DNA from: Alphaproteobacteria bacterium
GTDB lineage: Bacteria; Pseudomonadota; Alphaproteobacteria; GCA-2731375
Length of the DNA stretch: 64,000 nucleotides
NCBI GenBank assembly: GCA_965232515.1
Contig: CBDDPY010000002.1
Coordinates: 2,912,001-2,976,000 of the forward strand
Direction of reading: 5' to 3'
Positions 40,967 through 51,623 of this stretch are shown piece by piece; the stretch's first letter is position 1; each line of letters opens with the position of its first letter. Under the pieces are notes generated by a model. The model was not told where the DNA came from, searched no databases, and saw nothing but the letters and a program-made list of their open reading frames with translations. The position numbers were made by a program, and so were the translations under genes.

Positions 40967-41433
40967 ATGGGTAGTCTCGGTTCCGGTCGTCGACCTTGGA
41001 GCAAACGACGGTTGACCGACGAGGTCGGCTCCATCGATATCGGCGACCTCAAGGCGGGCGGTCTGTTCGACGCAAAGCACGGTAGCCCCGCAGCAGACTA
41101 TCCCTGGCTGGAACTCTTGGCGGCGTGTCGTTCTCACTAACGACGTTCGACGACTCTGAGAAACAGATGCTCCGGGTCACCTATAGATTTATGGATCGCG
41201 AGAACTGCTGGCATGACGGCGAAAGCCTTATCGGCTTTGAGCGCAGGCCATCGAACGTTGGCGGCAGCCGGTTTTGGTTCAGGTGCCCGAGCTGTAACCG
41301 CCGATGTGCAAAGCTCTATGTGGTGCGGCGATTCCAATGCCGGTGCTGTGCGGGACTGTTGTACCGAAGCCAAAGACGATCTCGATTGCCAACACAAAGG
41401 ATATCGCTACCCAATGTCCGAAGACCGACGTAG
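40967..41433 (+). pseudogene. Frameshifted Cys-rich (Zn-finger-like) hypothetical gene typical of mobile regions
   Basis: MGSLGSGRRPW...DEVGSIDIGDLK (40967-41140) continues in another frame as GGSRFWFRCPSCNRRCAKLY...FQCRCCAGLLYRSQ. Confidence 0.55.
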
Positions 41434-41668
41434 GGCAACGAGTTTGGCGCTTTAAGTTTGTGAGATCGTAGTTGCTTTGAACGATTTCAAATAAACCATA
41501 AATGGGAGTTGAACAACTTACTGGTTTGCCGAAACAGCCATGAATGGAGTTGCGCCGCCAGGCCGCGTAAGCAGAGCAGACGTATGCAAGGCAATCAGTC
41601 GGCCAATACAGCCACGTCAGCCAGCTACAGCGCGTTGGCGGTGGGCCGATACGAAATTCGATCGGCTA

Positions 41669-42748
41669 TCAGATTTCAACACTGCAATAGCTCTGCCAAA
41701 GCCGTTTTGCCTCGGCTGTTGGTTCGATCTTGGTCATGGCCCACCAGCCACGTTCATCGCCCGCATCATGCAAATTGCGATGATGCAGGGCGCAAAGCGG
41801 CACCGTCCATTCGTCGCTGACCTTCTTCCCCATGGCGTTCGGCTGCATGAAACGCAGGTGGTGTGCCTGCGTTGGGCGACGACCGCAAACAATGCACGGC
41901 TGCTTGGCGACATATTGGAGGTGGTTCTTGTTTCGTATCCGCTTCGGCTCGCCGAGCGGCAGTACCGACTTGTCTATGGCGGTGCCCTTCCTTTCCGGCG
42001 TTTCAGGAGCTCGGGCGGGAGCTGATTCGAGTGTGGCAAATTGTGCCGCGATCAGGGCTTCGATGATGTCGGCATAGTGCCTGCCGCGCGCGCCCTTCAA
42101 TTCGGGAAGGGATGCCTTGAGATGCTGAAGCGTATCGGCATTTTTGCCATGGACAGCCTTGAGCGCATCCGGGTTGGTCGCAGCTGCGATCAGCTTGCGG
42201 AACTCGGCACAGAACTCGGCCGGATCCTGAAAGCTATCAACCGGCTGACCGTTTTCGGCTCGCAACACCCAACGAACGGCCGTGGTTTCCTTCGCAGCCC
42301 GGCCGCGCCTTGGTTGCCGCACGCCGCGTTGCTCTCGGTCGTAAAGCGCAAGTCCGAAGGGGTTGCCGAATGTCGACAAGGCACGTTTTGTCGCGTCGGT
42401 CTCGGCCTCCTTGAGGGCGTTCTCGTGCGCTTCTCCGGGAGATGATGGATCCGATTGGCCAAAGCCGCTGCCTTCGCGAATGACTAGTAGGTCGCCGGCA
42501 CGGACCCGCATTCGAACCCGGGCGATATAGGCGCATGCCGGTCTGCCATTCTGTTTGCCCTGCCAAACACAGCGGGCTTCGATTGTCTCCCGGTCCCAGC
42601 CATCGAACCCAAAGATCCGATTGGCCTCAGCGATCGCGTGCCAGCCTTCGATGTAGCTCAATTCGCGGCCTTCGCGTGTCCTCGACTTGATGTGCTTGGA
42701 ATTGAGCTTGGCGCCGAGCGCCTTCTTCTATTCGTCGGTGAAAGGCAT
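41669..42748 (-). pseudogene. Rad52/Rad22 (Sak-like) single-strand annealing protein with C-terminal DUF968/HNH-like domain; in-frame TAG at codon 7
   Basis: From ATG 42748 it reads MPFTDE*KKALGAKLNSKHIKSRTREGRELSYIEGWHAIAEANRIFGFDGW...ALKEAETDATKRALSTFGNPFGLALY. The C-terminus is PCIVCGRRPTQAHHLRF...KVSDEWTVPLCALHH. Confidence 0.8.
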
Positions 42749-43251
42749 CACTTGGTCCTCACCGAGATCGTGATGCCACCATTCGAGAGGGCCGCACCGG
42801 GCACGGTTTCGCCATCCTTAAGCGACTGAAGCAAACGTCGGCGATCTAATTTCGGGGGCTGTGGGACGAGGAACTCGGCCGGCAGCTGATCCTCTTCTAC
42901 TATTGTTAGGGACGGTGGCGCCTGTCGGCATGACATCGTGAAATCCGCTTCCTTGATCATCTTGATCTCGGCTCTGTCCATCACGGCGGCGATCAGCGAC
43001 CGTTTCTTGTCCGCTGCTTCCTCGAACCGCGATAGACGTTGGCGCGTTTCATCGATGCGTTGGCGGAGTGCCGTCGCAAGCGCCTTGTCGTCGAGATATG
43101 ATCGCGTCATCTCGACGAGCATTTCATTGAGGTTCGTTAGACCTTCCAACGTATCCCGAAGCGTTTCGTCGTCGGCGTCTGGGAAGTCTGCCTTCAGCCG
43201 CTGGCGCAGGAATGCGTGATGTGCCAGCTCACGCGTAACGGGGGTAGTCAT
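42748..43251 (-). CDS. Siphovirus Gp157 family protein
   Basis: DDETLRDTLEG, a coiled coil and LPAEFLVPQPPKLDRRRLLQSLKDGETVPGAAL. Its stop overlaps the Rad52 start (TGATG). Confidence 0.85.
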   Translation of the reverse strand: MTTPVTRELAHHAFLRQRLKADFPDADDETLRDTLEGLTNLNEMLVEMTRSYLDDKALATALRQRIDETRQRLSRFEEAADKKRSLIAAVMDRAEIKMIKEADFTMSCRQAPPSLTIVEEDQLPAEFLVPQPPKLDRRRLLQSLKDGETVPGAALSNGGITISVRTK

Positions 43252-43365
43252 AGTTGCCGGCCTCAATATCGAGTCAATTCAACCGCCATTGTTCGTGCAC
43301 CGATCACTGGCGGGAAGACCTTGGTGTAACGGCAGCCAGTCCGGAGCAGTTGGCGGGCGGACTTG

Positions 43366-43644
43366 TCAGCTCTTTGCTGGTCGGCTGCGGTCCGGACCGT
43401 CGCGAAGTTCTTCGAAAAGGTTGACCGCCTCTCGCCGCAACGTCAGCGCCGGATCGACTTCGGCGTCGCGCAGATGCCTCAAGCCGACGATGAAACTGTC
43501 GAGATCGCTTTCGATGTTGGGGCGCAAGGCAGAGTGCGCGCTAGCCAAAGTGGCCAACCGGACGACACCATCGCAGATCTCTTCCAGAGCAAAAAGCTCA
43601 CGTCGGATTTCGTCATAGTCGTGTTCGTCTCGGAGTCGAATCAT
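43366..43644 (-). CDS. Hypothetical protein
   Basis: 92-aa ORF at the head of the Gp157-Rad52 unit, with AAAAGG upstream and no recognisable motif. Confidence 0.45.
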   Translation of the reverse strand: MIRLRDEHDYDEIRRELFALEEICDGVVRLATLASAHSALRPNIESDLDSFIVGLRHLRDAEVDPALTLRREAVNLFEELRDGPDRSRPAKS

Positions 43645-43750
43645 TGCTCATCCTTTTCACCTTATTCGAAGGTCCGTGGGGGCGATTCGCGGTCGTTTTC
43701 ATGAAAGCGAAATCGCCAAGAACCAAAATGTGATCTAAAATATATTTATA

Positions 43751-43769
43751 TTGATACTAAAACTATCAA
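43751..43769. promoter_or_regulatory. Inverted repeat in an AT-rich divergent promoter, candidate XRE operator
   Basis: TTGATA-CTAAAAC-TATCAA has perfect 6-bp arms. Confidence 0.45.
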
Positions 43770-43815
43770 ATCTGCGCGATAGCTGTCAATAAGCGAGCCA
43801 TCACGCTCTAATGGC

Positions 43816-44052
43816 TTGGTGTTGACCGCTCGTCATCTGCGTGCTGCGAGAGCCTTGCTTGGTTGGGACCAAGGTAAGCTGGCGGCAGAAGCCGGTCTCT
43901 CAGTCCCAACCATAAGGCGGTTGGAGGCAAGTGGCTGTTTCTTGCGCGGAAACGCTAGGAGTGTACATGCTGTACAAACGGCGTTGGAGCGAGCCGGTGT
44001 CGAATTCCTGAACGGGGACTCCCCCGGAGTCCGAATTCGATCCATAACTTGA
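43816..44052 (+). CDS. XRE-family helix-turn-helix regulator
   Basis: LRAARALLGWDQGKLAAEAGLSVPTIRRLE...ALERAGVEF...PGVR, a common alphaproteobacterial small XRE pattern. Confidence 0.85.
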   Translation: MVLTARHLRAARALLGWDQGKLAAEAGLSVPTIRRLEASGCFLRGNARSVHAVQTALERAGVEFLNGDSPGVRIRSIT

Positions 44053-44597
44053 AGAACTCTGATATCGATAGACCTATCCCTCACCGCTCAAGAGCTCGGG
44101 GTATCTGCAGAGCTTTTTTCAGCCGATTGTCCTCGCTCACCATGGACCGAACTTCCGCCGCAATGGAAGCGCCCCTTCCCGCTATCGGCGAAGAGGCCGT
44201 CAGAGACGATGATCAGATTGAAGTCGCGAACTGGATGTTTGCGGCGGTAGCGGCGAAGCTGGAGGACGCGGTTGAGGCAGGAGCCTCGGGGCAATCGCCC
44301 CGGCACAACGTCGCCCAGCCGACCGACCCCGGCCGCAGTCTCCGGCCCGCAGCATCCGGGATCCCGAGCTCGCCGCCATTGTCGCCGATTTCGACGTTAA
44401 TCAAGGCCTGAATGGCCCGAACCCCTGCCACTGAAACGACTACACTTGCACCGCAATACAAGCAGGTATTATTGACGCTTCGCGCAGGCCGCCCAATTGA
44501 TAGGGCGGCCTGCCAGCCCGGCAGGCACCGCCGGCGGGCCTTCCAATGGTGCAAGCGCCTCAGCAATTGCGGCGCCGGACACCGGCGGAGGCTCGAC

Positions 44598-45126
44598 ATG
44601 GCCAAGATCACCGATACCCAGCTCGTCATCTTGACGTCAGCGGCGTAGCGCGAGGACGGCGCCGCCCTGCCGCTGTCCAAATCCTCGAAGCCGAAAGGCG
44701 GGACCGCCACCGCCAGCCTCAAGAGCGTGCTGAAGCAAGGCTGGCTGGATGAGCGACCAGCTGCTGCCGGCGTCCCGGCCTGGCGCGAGGCCGGTGAGCG
44801 GCGCATGACTCTAATCAACGCCCCTCCCGGTTTGAGCGCGATTGGCATCGAGGCGGAGTCGACGGACGGCGATGAGCCGGCCGCAAAAAAATCGAAACGA
44901 CAGACCGGTCTGACGGCAAGTCCGAGAATGTCATAAGACTGGCGACAAGATTCAAACGTCAAGGCACTCAGCCGAGCACAAAACAGTCTAGCCTAATCGC
45001 ATAGTTGCGCCGTAAGTAGTGCGGGGCGCTATCAGCGGTGCGCTAAAGAAGAAGCTCGGCCTCGCAGTAGCCTCGGAAACAGTCGACGGTCGCGGCCGCG
45101 TCTACCGCATCGTCGAGGAGGCCTGA
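44598..45126 (+). pseudogene. DUF3489 domain gene remnant
   Basis: MAKITDTQLVILTSAA*REDGAALPL...AWRE...GLSAIGIE, then a broken middle, then VRGAISGALKKKLGLAVASETVDGRGRVYRI ending at TGA 45126. Confidence 0.75.
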
Positions 45127-45795
45127 GCGATGGCAATCCCTACTAAGAGCAACGATGAGGGCCGGGACACTAGCTGCGTTAGTTCCTACCTGTTGCGACC
45201 GCTTCGGAGCTATCAACAAGCCCTGCATGACCGTGCAACCAAGCCGGTGCAGGCTTTTGGTCAAGAACAGGCGCGGGCGCAGACGTCAGGCACAGCCGAG
45301 ATCGGGAGGGCGGCCGAGCAACCACTGCGAAATTTCAGAGGATCTTCTAGGGCCCGATTGGCGGTGTCATCCAACAAACGATAGCGATCGCAAAAATCGC
45401 GGACCGGCTAGCGACCGTGCCCTCAGCCATTTCGCTGCTGACAAAATGGATCGTGTTTATCTGGCAGCGCCAACCGAAAGCACTGTATGCACGGCTCATA
45501 GTTCGCAAGCTCGCGTAGTGTGACCATTGAAGTCAGGTTACCTTGACATCGCCAGAAAGATACTGAATGAATATGGCCTGCTTAGCTCGGTGATTCTCAC
45601 CCGGCTTGCGGCAGCTTACCGAGCGTAGTTCATTCTCAATCGTTAGATCCACTCCAAAGCCTTGCCGAACACCTACCGGCATGTGCTTAAGGGCGTTGTT
45701 TTGCTTCAATGAAATGAATTCGAGATTTTGGTGCTACATCCTGCAGGCGATTCCTGCTTGCGCCGACCACTAAAAACACCGTTAGAAACTTCGCT

Positions 45796-47421
45796 ATGAG
45801 TAGGTCGATAAACCACGAAGATCCAAATCTGCACTCGCGAGATGTTAAGAAGAGCGTTGCTGTCATTGGTTGCGGCTACTGGGGGAAAAACCACGTTCGC
45901 AGTTTTGGCGAACTGGGTACCCTGAAGGCTGTTCATGATCAGGATCCTTCTGTCGCCGCAAACTTCGCCGACAGTTATGATGCGACTGCTATGGGTTTCG
46001 AGGACATTCTTGACGATTCGTCGATTTCTTCAGTGGTAATTGCAACTCCTGCGAAACATCACCATAGCCAAGCAAGGCAAGCGCTATTGGCCGGCAAACA
46101 TGTGCTGGTCGAAAAACCGCTGTCACTGAGATGCAGCGAAGCGGAAGAGCTTTGCCAGCTGGCGGAAGAAAGCCACTTGGTCCTGATGGTAGGCCATATC
46201 CTTCAGTATCATCCCGCATTCTTGCGTCTTAGGGAACTAGTTGCGGCCGGCGAACTCGGACGTCTGCAGTATGTCTATTCAAATCGGCTGAACCTAGGAC
46301 GCATCCGGCAGGAGGAGAACATCCTCTGGAGCTTCGCGCCGCACGACCTGTCGATGATCCTCAGCCTGATAGGCAACGAACCGGCTTCAGTTTCAGCCAG
46401 CGGGTCCTATTACCTGCACAAGTCAGTCGCCGACGTCACAGTTACCAACTTGGCATTTCCGGGCGGTGAGAATGCCCACATTTTTGTATCCTGGCTGCAT
46501 CCGTTCAAGGAGCAGAAGCTGGTGGCGGTCGGCGATAAGGCCATGGTCGTGTTCGATGATCTGCAGCCTTGGTCCGAGAAGCTGACTCTCTACCCGCATC
46601 GCATCACCTGGCGAAACGGTTTGCCGATGCCGGAAAAGGCCGATGGTGTGCCAGTGCCGGTCGGCGAGGACGAACCGCTCCGGCGTGAAAGCGAACACTT
46701 TCTCGATTGCGTTGCGGGCGGCATCAAGCCGCAAACCGACGGACGTGAGGGCTTGAGCGTTCTGCGCGTACTCGATGCAGCAGAGCAGTCGATGGCGAGC
46801 GGACAAACCGTGAAGTGCAACGAGTCATCGGCCGCTAAAATCTTCTTCACCTCCGATGTCATGGTCCATGAATCGGCTTATGTCGACGAAGACGTAGAAA
46901 TCGGCGGTCGCACAAAAATCTGGCATTTTTGCCACATATTGGGTGGCACGAAGATCGGCCGCAATGTGTCGGTCGGTCAAAACGTAATGATCGGACCGAA
47001 TGTTAATGTCGGCGATGATTGCAAAGTCCAGAACAATGTCAGTCTTTATCAGGGTGTGACCCTTGAAGACGGCGTGTTTTGCGGACCCAGTTGTGTCTTC
47101 ACGAATGTGCTCAACCCACGGGCCGATGTGAACCGCAAGGACGAGTTTCGCGGAACCATTGTCCGCCGTGGCGCCACAATCGGCGCTAATTCCACCATCG
47201 TCTGTGGTAACGAGATCGGCGCATACAGCATGATCGGTGCCGGCGCCGTGGTAACGCAAGACGTGCCGTCGTATGCCTTGATGGCGGGCGTACCGGCCCG
47301 CCGTATAGGCTGGGTCAGCCACGCCGGCGAAGTGCTGGGTGGCGATCTCGTCTGCCCGCGCAGCGGCCGTCGCTACCGCGAGGCGGCGCCTGACCGTTTG
47401 GTCGAGATCGTCGATGACTAG
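45796..47421 (+). CDS. Fused Gfo/Idh/MocA sugar 3-dehydrogenase and hexapeptide N-acetyltransferase (WbpB/WlbA plus WbpD/WlbB-like)
   Basis: [17 protein letters not shown] and WSFAPHD, then a left-handed beta helix with [25 protein letters not shown] and GVPARRIGW. Confidence 0.88.
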   Translation: MSRSINHEDPNLHSRDVKKSVAVIGCGYWGKNHVRSFGELGTLKAVHDQDPSVAANFADSYDATAMGFEDILDDSSISSVVIATPAKHHHSQARQALLAGKHVLVEKPLSLRCSEAEELCQLAEESHLVLMVGHILQYHPAFLRLRELVAAGELGRLQYVYSNRLNLGRIRQEENILWSFAPHDLSMILSLIGNEPASVSASGSYYLHKSVADVTVTNLAFPGGENAHIFVSWLHPFKEQKLVAVGDKAMVVFDDLQPWSEKLTLYPHRITWRNGLPMPEKADGVPVPVGEDEPLRRESEHFLDCVAGGIKPQTDGREGLSVLRVLDAAEQSMASGQTVKCNESSAAKIFFTSDVMVHESAYVDEDVEIGGRTKIWHFCHILGGTKIGRNVSVGQNVMIGPNVNVGDDCKVQNNVSLYQGVTLEDGVFCGPSCVFTNVLNPRADVNRKDEFRGTIVRRGATIGANSTIVCGNEIGAYSMIGAGAVVTQDVPSYALMAGVPARRIGWVSHAGEVLGGDLVCPRSGRRYREAAPDRLVEIVDD

Positions 47422-48589
47422 TCCGAACCTGGCCCAGACCGAACCGGCGATGGCGCCAATCCATTTCATCGATCTGCAAGCGCAGCGTGCTCGCATAAAG
47501 GACCGCATCGACTCCGCCATACAAAACGTGCTGGCCCGCGGGGCCTTTATCATGGGGCCGGAGGTCCAGGAACTGGAAGCCCGGCTGGCGACGTTCGCTG
47601 GCGCCAAACACTGCATTACCTGCTCGAACGGCACCGACGCACTGAGCCTGGCGCTGCGCGCCCTGGGCATCGGCGCCGGAGACGCCGTGTTCGTGCCGGC
47701 CTTCACCTTCGCGGCGACGGCCGAGGTCGTCGCACTGTGCGGCGCCACGCCGGTCTTCGCAGATGTTCTGCCGGACACTTTCAATATCGATCCCGACAGT
47801 CTCGACGCCGCTATTTCGAAAATCATTGCCGACGGCGAATTGCGGCCGCGCGCAGTCATCCCGGTCGACCTTTTCGGCCAGCCAGCCGACTACCGAGCCG
47901 TGACGACAATCGCCGAGCAACACCGGATGGCCGTCATTGCCGACGCTGCGCAGAGCTTCGGCGCAACCTTCGACAACCGGCGCGTCGGCACGCTTGGCGA
48001 TTTGACCACGACTAGCTTCTTTCCGGCCAAGCCGTTGGGATGCTACGGCGACGGCGGCGCCGTCTTTACCGACGACGACGAAGCCGCGACGGCCATGCGC
48101 TCCCTGCGGGTGCACGGCAAGGGCAATGACAAGTATGACAATGTCCGCATCGGCTTGAACGCTCGCCTCGACACGCTGCAAGCCGCCATCCTTCTGGAAA
48201 AGCTGTCAATATTTCCCGACGAAATCGAGGCGAGACAACGGGTTGCCAATCGCTATTCCGTCGCGCTGTCGGACGTGGCCGTCACACCAGCACTGGCGCC
48301 GGGTAGCACATCGGTGTGGGCGCAGTACACGCTGCGACTGGACCGGCGCGACGACGTGCAGGCGGCGCTCAAAGCCGAGGACATTCCGACGGCGGTCTAC
48401 TACCCGATGCCGCTCAATCGACAGACCGCTTACCGTCAGTTTCAGGTAGCGCCCGACGGAGCGCCGGTCAGCGACCGGCACAGCCGTCAGGCTCTCAGCC
48501 TGCCAATGCACCCCTATCTAGAGCCGGACGTTCAGGACCGGATTATCGCCGTCCTGCGCGACGTCATTCGACAAGAGGAACGCGAGTAG
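47414..48589 (+). CDS. DegT/DnrJ PLP aminotransferase (WbpE/WlbC-like)
   Basis: [37 protein letters not shown] and [10 protein letters not shown]. Start is 47414 or 47450. Confidence 0.9.
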   Translation: MTSPNLAQTEPAMAPIHFIDLQAQRARIKDRIDSAIQNVLARGAFIMGPEVQELEARLATFAGAKHCITCSNGTDALSLALRALGIGAGDAVFVPAFTFAATAEVVALCGATPVFADVLPDTFNIDPDSLDAAISKIIADGELRPRAVIPVDLFGQPADYRAVTTIAEQHRMAVIADAAQSFGATFDNRRVGTLGDLTTTSFFPAKPLGCYGDGGAVFTDDDEAATAMRSLRVHGKGNDKYDNVRIGLNARLDTLQAAILLEKLSIFPDEIEARQRVANRYSVALSDVAVTPALAPGSTSVWAQYTLRLDRRDDVQAALKAEDIPTAVYYPMPLNRQTAYRQFQVAPDGAPVSDRHSRQALSLPMHPYLEPDVQDRIIAVLRDVIRQEERE

Positions 48590-49582
48590 ATGGATATTCG
48601 TGGCAAGAAATTCGTTGTGATTGGCGGCGCCGGATTGATTGGATCCCACACCGTCGACGCGCTTGTCCGCGAGGATATCGGCGAAATCCTGATCTACGAC
48701 AACTTCGTCCGTGGCCGCGAGGAGAACCTGGTGGCGGCGCTCCGCGATCCGCGGGTTCGCATTTACGACATCGGCGGCGACATCTGCCAGACCGATATCC
48801 TGAACGCCGCGCTGAAGAATGCCGACGGCGTGTTCCATTTCGCCGCGCTCTGGCTGCTGCAATGCCATGAATTTCCGCGCGCCGCGTTCGACGTCAATAT
48901 TCGAGGCACTTTCAACGTCCTGGAGGCCTGCGTTGCCCAGGGCGTCAAGCGACTGGTCTACTCGTCATCGGCTTCAGTATACGGCGATGCCATTGTCGAG
49001 CCGATGGGAGAGGATCACCCGTTCAACAACACGAACTTTTACGGCGCCACCAAGATCGCCGGCGAGGCGATGGCGCGCGCCTATCATCACCGCTACGGCC
49101 TGCCGCTGGTAGGCTTACGCTACATGAACGTCTACGGCGCCCGCCAAGACTACAAGGGCGCCTATATCGCCGTGATCATGAAAATCCTCGACCGGTTGGA
49201 CCAGAGCGAGCCGCCGACGGTCTACGGCGACGGCAGCCAAGCCTATGATTTCATCTACGTTGGAGACTGCGCCAAAGCCAATATCTGCGCGATGAAGGCC
49301 GATGCCGTGGACGCGTTTTACAATGTCGGCACGGGCACGCGTACGTCGATCAAGGAACTGGCGGAACTTCTCTTGCGCCTGACGGGCTCGAACTTGGGCA
49401 TTCACTACGAACTGGAAGGCCAGACGTTCGTCAAGAACCGTATCGGCGATCCTCGCAAGGCGCGAGACGAAATCGGCTTTGCGGCCGAGGTCGAACTTGA
49501 AGATGGTTTGCGGCGGCTGATCGAATGGCGCAATCTGCACAAGTCGGAAGTCGCCGCCCGCCGGCTTAGGGCAGCGGAATAA
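48590..49582 (+). CDS. NAD-dependent nucleotide-sugar epimerase/dehydratase
   Basis: GGAGLIGSH, YSSSASVYG, YGATK and LRYMNVYG. Confidence 0.9.
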   Translation: MDIRGKKFVVIGGAGLIGSHTVDALVREDIGEILIYDNFVRGREENLVAALRDPRVRIYDIGGDICQTDILNAALKNADGVFHFAALWLLQCHEFPRAAFDVNIRGTFNVLEACVAQGVKRLVYSSSASVYGDAIVEPMGEDHPFNNTNFYGATKIAGEAMARAYHHRYGLPLVGLRYMNVYGARQDYKGAYIAVIMKILDRLDQSEPPTVYGDGSQAYDFIYVGDCAKANICAMKADAVDAFYNVGTGTRTSIKELAELLLRLTGSNLGIHYELEGQTFVKNRIGDPRKARDEIGFAAEVELEDGLRRLIEWRNLHKSEVAARRLRAAE

Positions 49583-50724
49583 TGCCTGAGCGCAACATCG
49601 CCATCGCCCTGCCGTCAATCGGCGAAGAGGAATGGCAGGCGCTCCGCGAACCGATCGAAAGCGGCTGGTTGACGCAAGGTCCGAAGGTCGCCGAGTTCGA
49701 ACGCCGGTTCGCGGAGTTGCACGACGTCAAGCACGCTATCGCCGTGACGTCGTGTACGACCGGGTTGCATCTAGCTCTGGCATCGCTGGGCATCGGACCC
49801 GGCGACGAGGTTATCGTGCCAGCCTTTACCTGGGTGGCGACAGCCAATGTCGTCGTTTTGTGCGGGGCGACGCCTGTCTTCGTCGATGTCGACCGGGAAA
49901 CCTTCAACGTCGACATTACGCAGATCGCCTCGAAGCTGACGCCGCGCACCAGGGCGGTCATCGCCGTGCATTTGTTCGGACTCTGTACCGACATCGACGC
50001 GCTAAGGAAAGTTTTGCCGGCAGACGTTCGAGTCATCGAGGACGCGGCCTGCGCCGCCGGCGCCTCCCACAGGGGTCGCAAGGCCGGCGGACTGGGCGAC
50101 GTCGCTGCCTTTTCGTTTCACCCGCGTAAGTCGGTGACGACCGGAGAAGGCGGCATGGTCACCACGAACGATGATGCGATCGCCGAGCGCGCGTCCCAGG
50201 CCCGCAACCACGGCGCAACGATTTCCGAAGAGCAACGCCATCGCGGTCCCAAGCCCTACATTCTTCCCGACTTCGATTGCCTTGGCTTCAACTATCGCAT
50301 GACCGATCTGCAGGGCGCGGTCGGCCTCGTGCAACTCGATAAACTTGAACGTTTCGTCGCCGAGCGCTCAAAATGGGCCGCTTGGTACCGGGATCAGCTC
50401 TACGACCTCAACTGGCTTCGGCTACCGGATGAGCCGGTTGACGGCCTGCATGCCTGGCAGGCGTTCGTAACCTATGTCAACCCAGAGAGCGCACCGGCGG
50501 CGCGCAACGAGATCATGCAACGGCTGCAGGACAAAGGAGTGTCGACCAGGCCGGGCACCCATGCCGTGCACATGCTGACCTATTATCGCGAACAGTTCGG
50601 ATGCCGTCCGGACGACTGTCCCGCCGCCCGAGATTGCGACGCCGAGAGCATGGCAATACCGCTGCACAATCGCATGAACCTGGAAGACTACGCCTATGTC
50701 GTCGACGCCATCCGTAGTATTTGA
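49582..50724 (+). CDS. Second DegT/DnrJ PLP aminotransferase
   Basis: SGWLTQGP, TSCTTGLH, EDAACAAG, FSFHPRKSVTTGEGG and GFNYRMTD. Confidence 0.9.
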   Translation: MPERNIAIALPSIGEEEWQALREPIESGWLTQGPKVAEFERRFAELHDVKHAIAVTSCTTGLHLALASLGIGPGDEVIVPAFTWVATANVVVLCGATPVFVDVDRETFNVDITQIASKLTPRTRAVIAVHLFGLCTDIDALRKVLPADVRVIEDAACAAGASHRGRKAGGLGDVAAFSFHPRKSVTTGEGGMVTTNDDAIAERASQARNHGATISEEQRHRGPKPYILPDFDCLGFNYRMTDLQGAVGLVQLDKLERFVAERSKWAAWYRDQLYDLNWLRLPDEPVDGLHAWQAFVTYVNPESAPAARNEIMQRLQDKGVSTRPGTHAVHMLTYYREQFGCRPDDCPAARDCDAESMAIPLHNRMNLEDYAYVVDAIRSI

Positions 50725-50731
50725 TGCCAAC

Positions 50732-51601
50732 GTGCCACACTGGCTGGAGCAATTGCTAGTTGCCGCCCTGCCCGAGGAGGGATCCACGTGTGACATAGCT
50801 GGGCAATCAACAGTTATGCGAGACGGTATTCTGCGAATTGGCGGTACTGTCTCAGATGAACAGGCACAGACCAGCGACACGTTCGGTTTCAAATGGCACA
50901 AGCGCGATTCGTTCGAATCGGAAGCTTGGCGAGGTCAGCTACGAAATTGGCTGTCGATATCTCGACCGCAGTGGACGTTGCCATGCGGCGGTTCACCGAG
51001 CACCACCTGGATGCAGCGTTCATGCAAGCCGACATCACGGATCTCCCATTACCGCACCGATCGGTAGACATTATTTTTTTCCGAGGGAGTTCTGCATCAT
51101 ACCGACTCGACAGAAAAGGCGCTGTCCTCCCTGGCGAAATTACTGCGCCCGGGCGGCCGCTTTCAGTTCTATGTCTACAATAGGAAGGTGCCGATACGTG
51201 AATTTACTGACGATTACGTCCGCGCACAGCTTCAGCAATTGGACCAGAACGAAGCCTGGCAAGCAGTCATGCCATTGACCAAGCCAGGGGCCGTCCTCGG
51301 CCAACTGGATTTGGAGATCGACGTTCCCGAGCCGATCGATCTGTTGGGCATTCCGGCCGGCCGTATCAATCTGCAGCGTTTGTTCTATTGGCACATCTTC
51401 AAAGCGGTCTATCGGCCCGAGTTCGATCTCGAGGAGCTCAACCACATCAATTTCGACTGGTACGCGCCCGCGAATGCCCATCGACAAACGCCAGAGCAGG
51501 TTCGTGAATGGTGCGCCGCCGCCGACATGCGCACTGAACGCGAGGTTGTCGAGGAAGCGGGCATAACGATAATCGCGCGCAAGCAAGGCAATCCGAATTG
51601 A
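50732..51601 (+). pseudogene. Disrupted class I SAM methyltransferase
   Basis: Three frames: QAQTSDTFGFKW..NWL, then AVDISTAVDVA..QADITDLP..VDIIF, then SEGVLHHTDS..LLRPGGRFQFYVY..NFDWYAP. SAM motif I is absent and there is an extra T in the T7 run at 51074-51080. Confidence 0.8.
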
Positions 51602-51623
51602 CGGGTCGGCGCACGTAACCGGC

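Larger units (their letters stand above)
40967..45126. mobile_element. Decayed prophage-like / integrative element relic
   Basis: Visible GC drop after about 40.7 kb, phage-type Rad52/Sak, Gp157, XRE and DUF3489 genes, and several pseudogenes. No integrase, structural genes or att sites were found. Confidence 0.6.

Noticed and set aside
43751-43769. FNR/FixK box
   Set aside because: The spacing is TTGAT-N9-ATCAA, not the required N4.
40967-45126. Intact prophage or defence island
   Set aside because: It is about 4 kb, has no structural, lysis, integrase or recognisable defence genes, and contains several pseudogenes.
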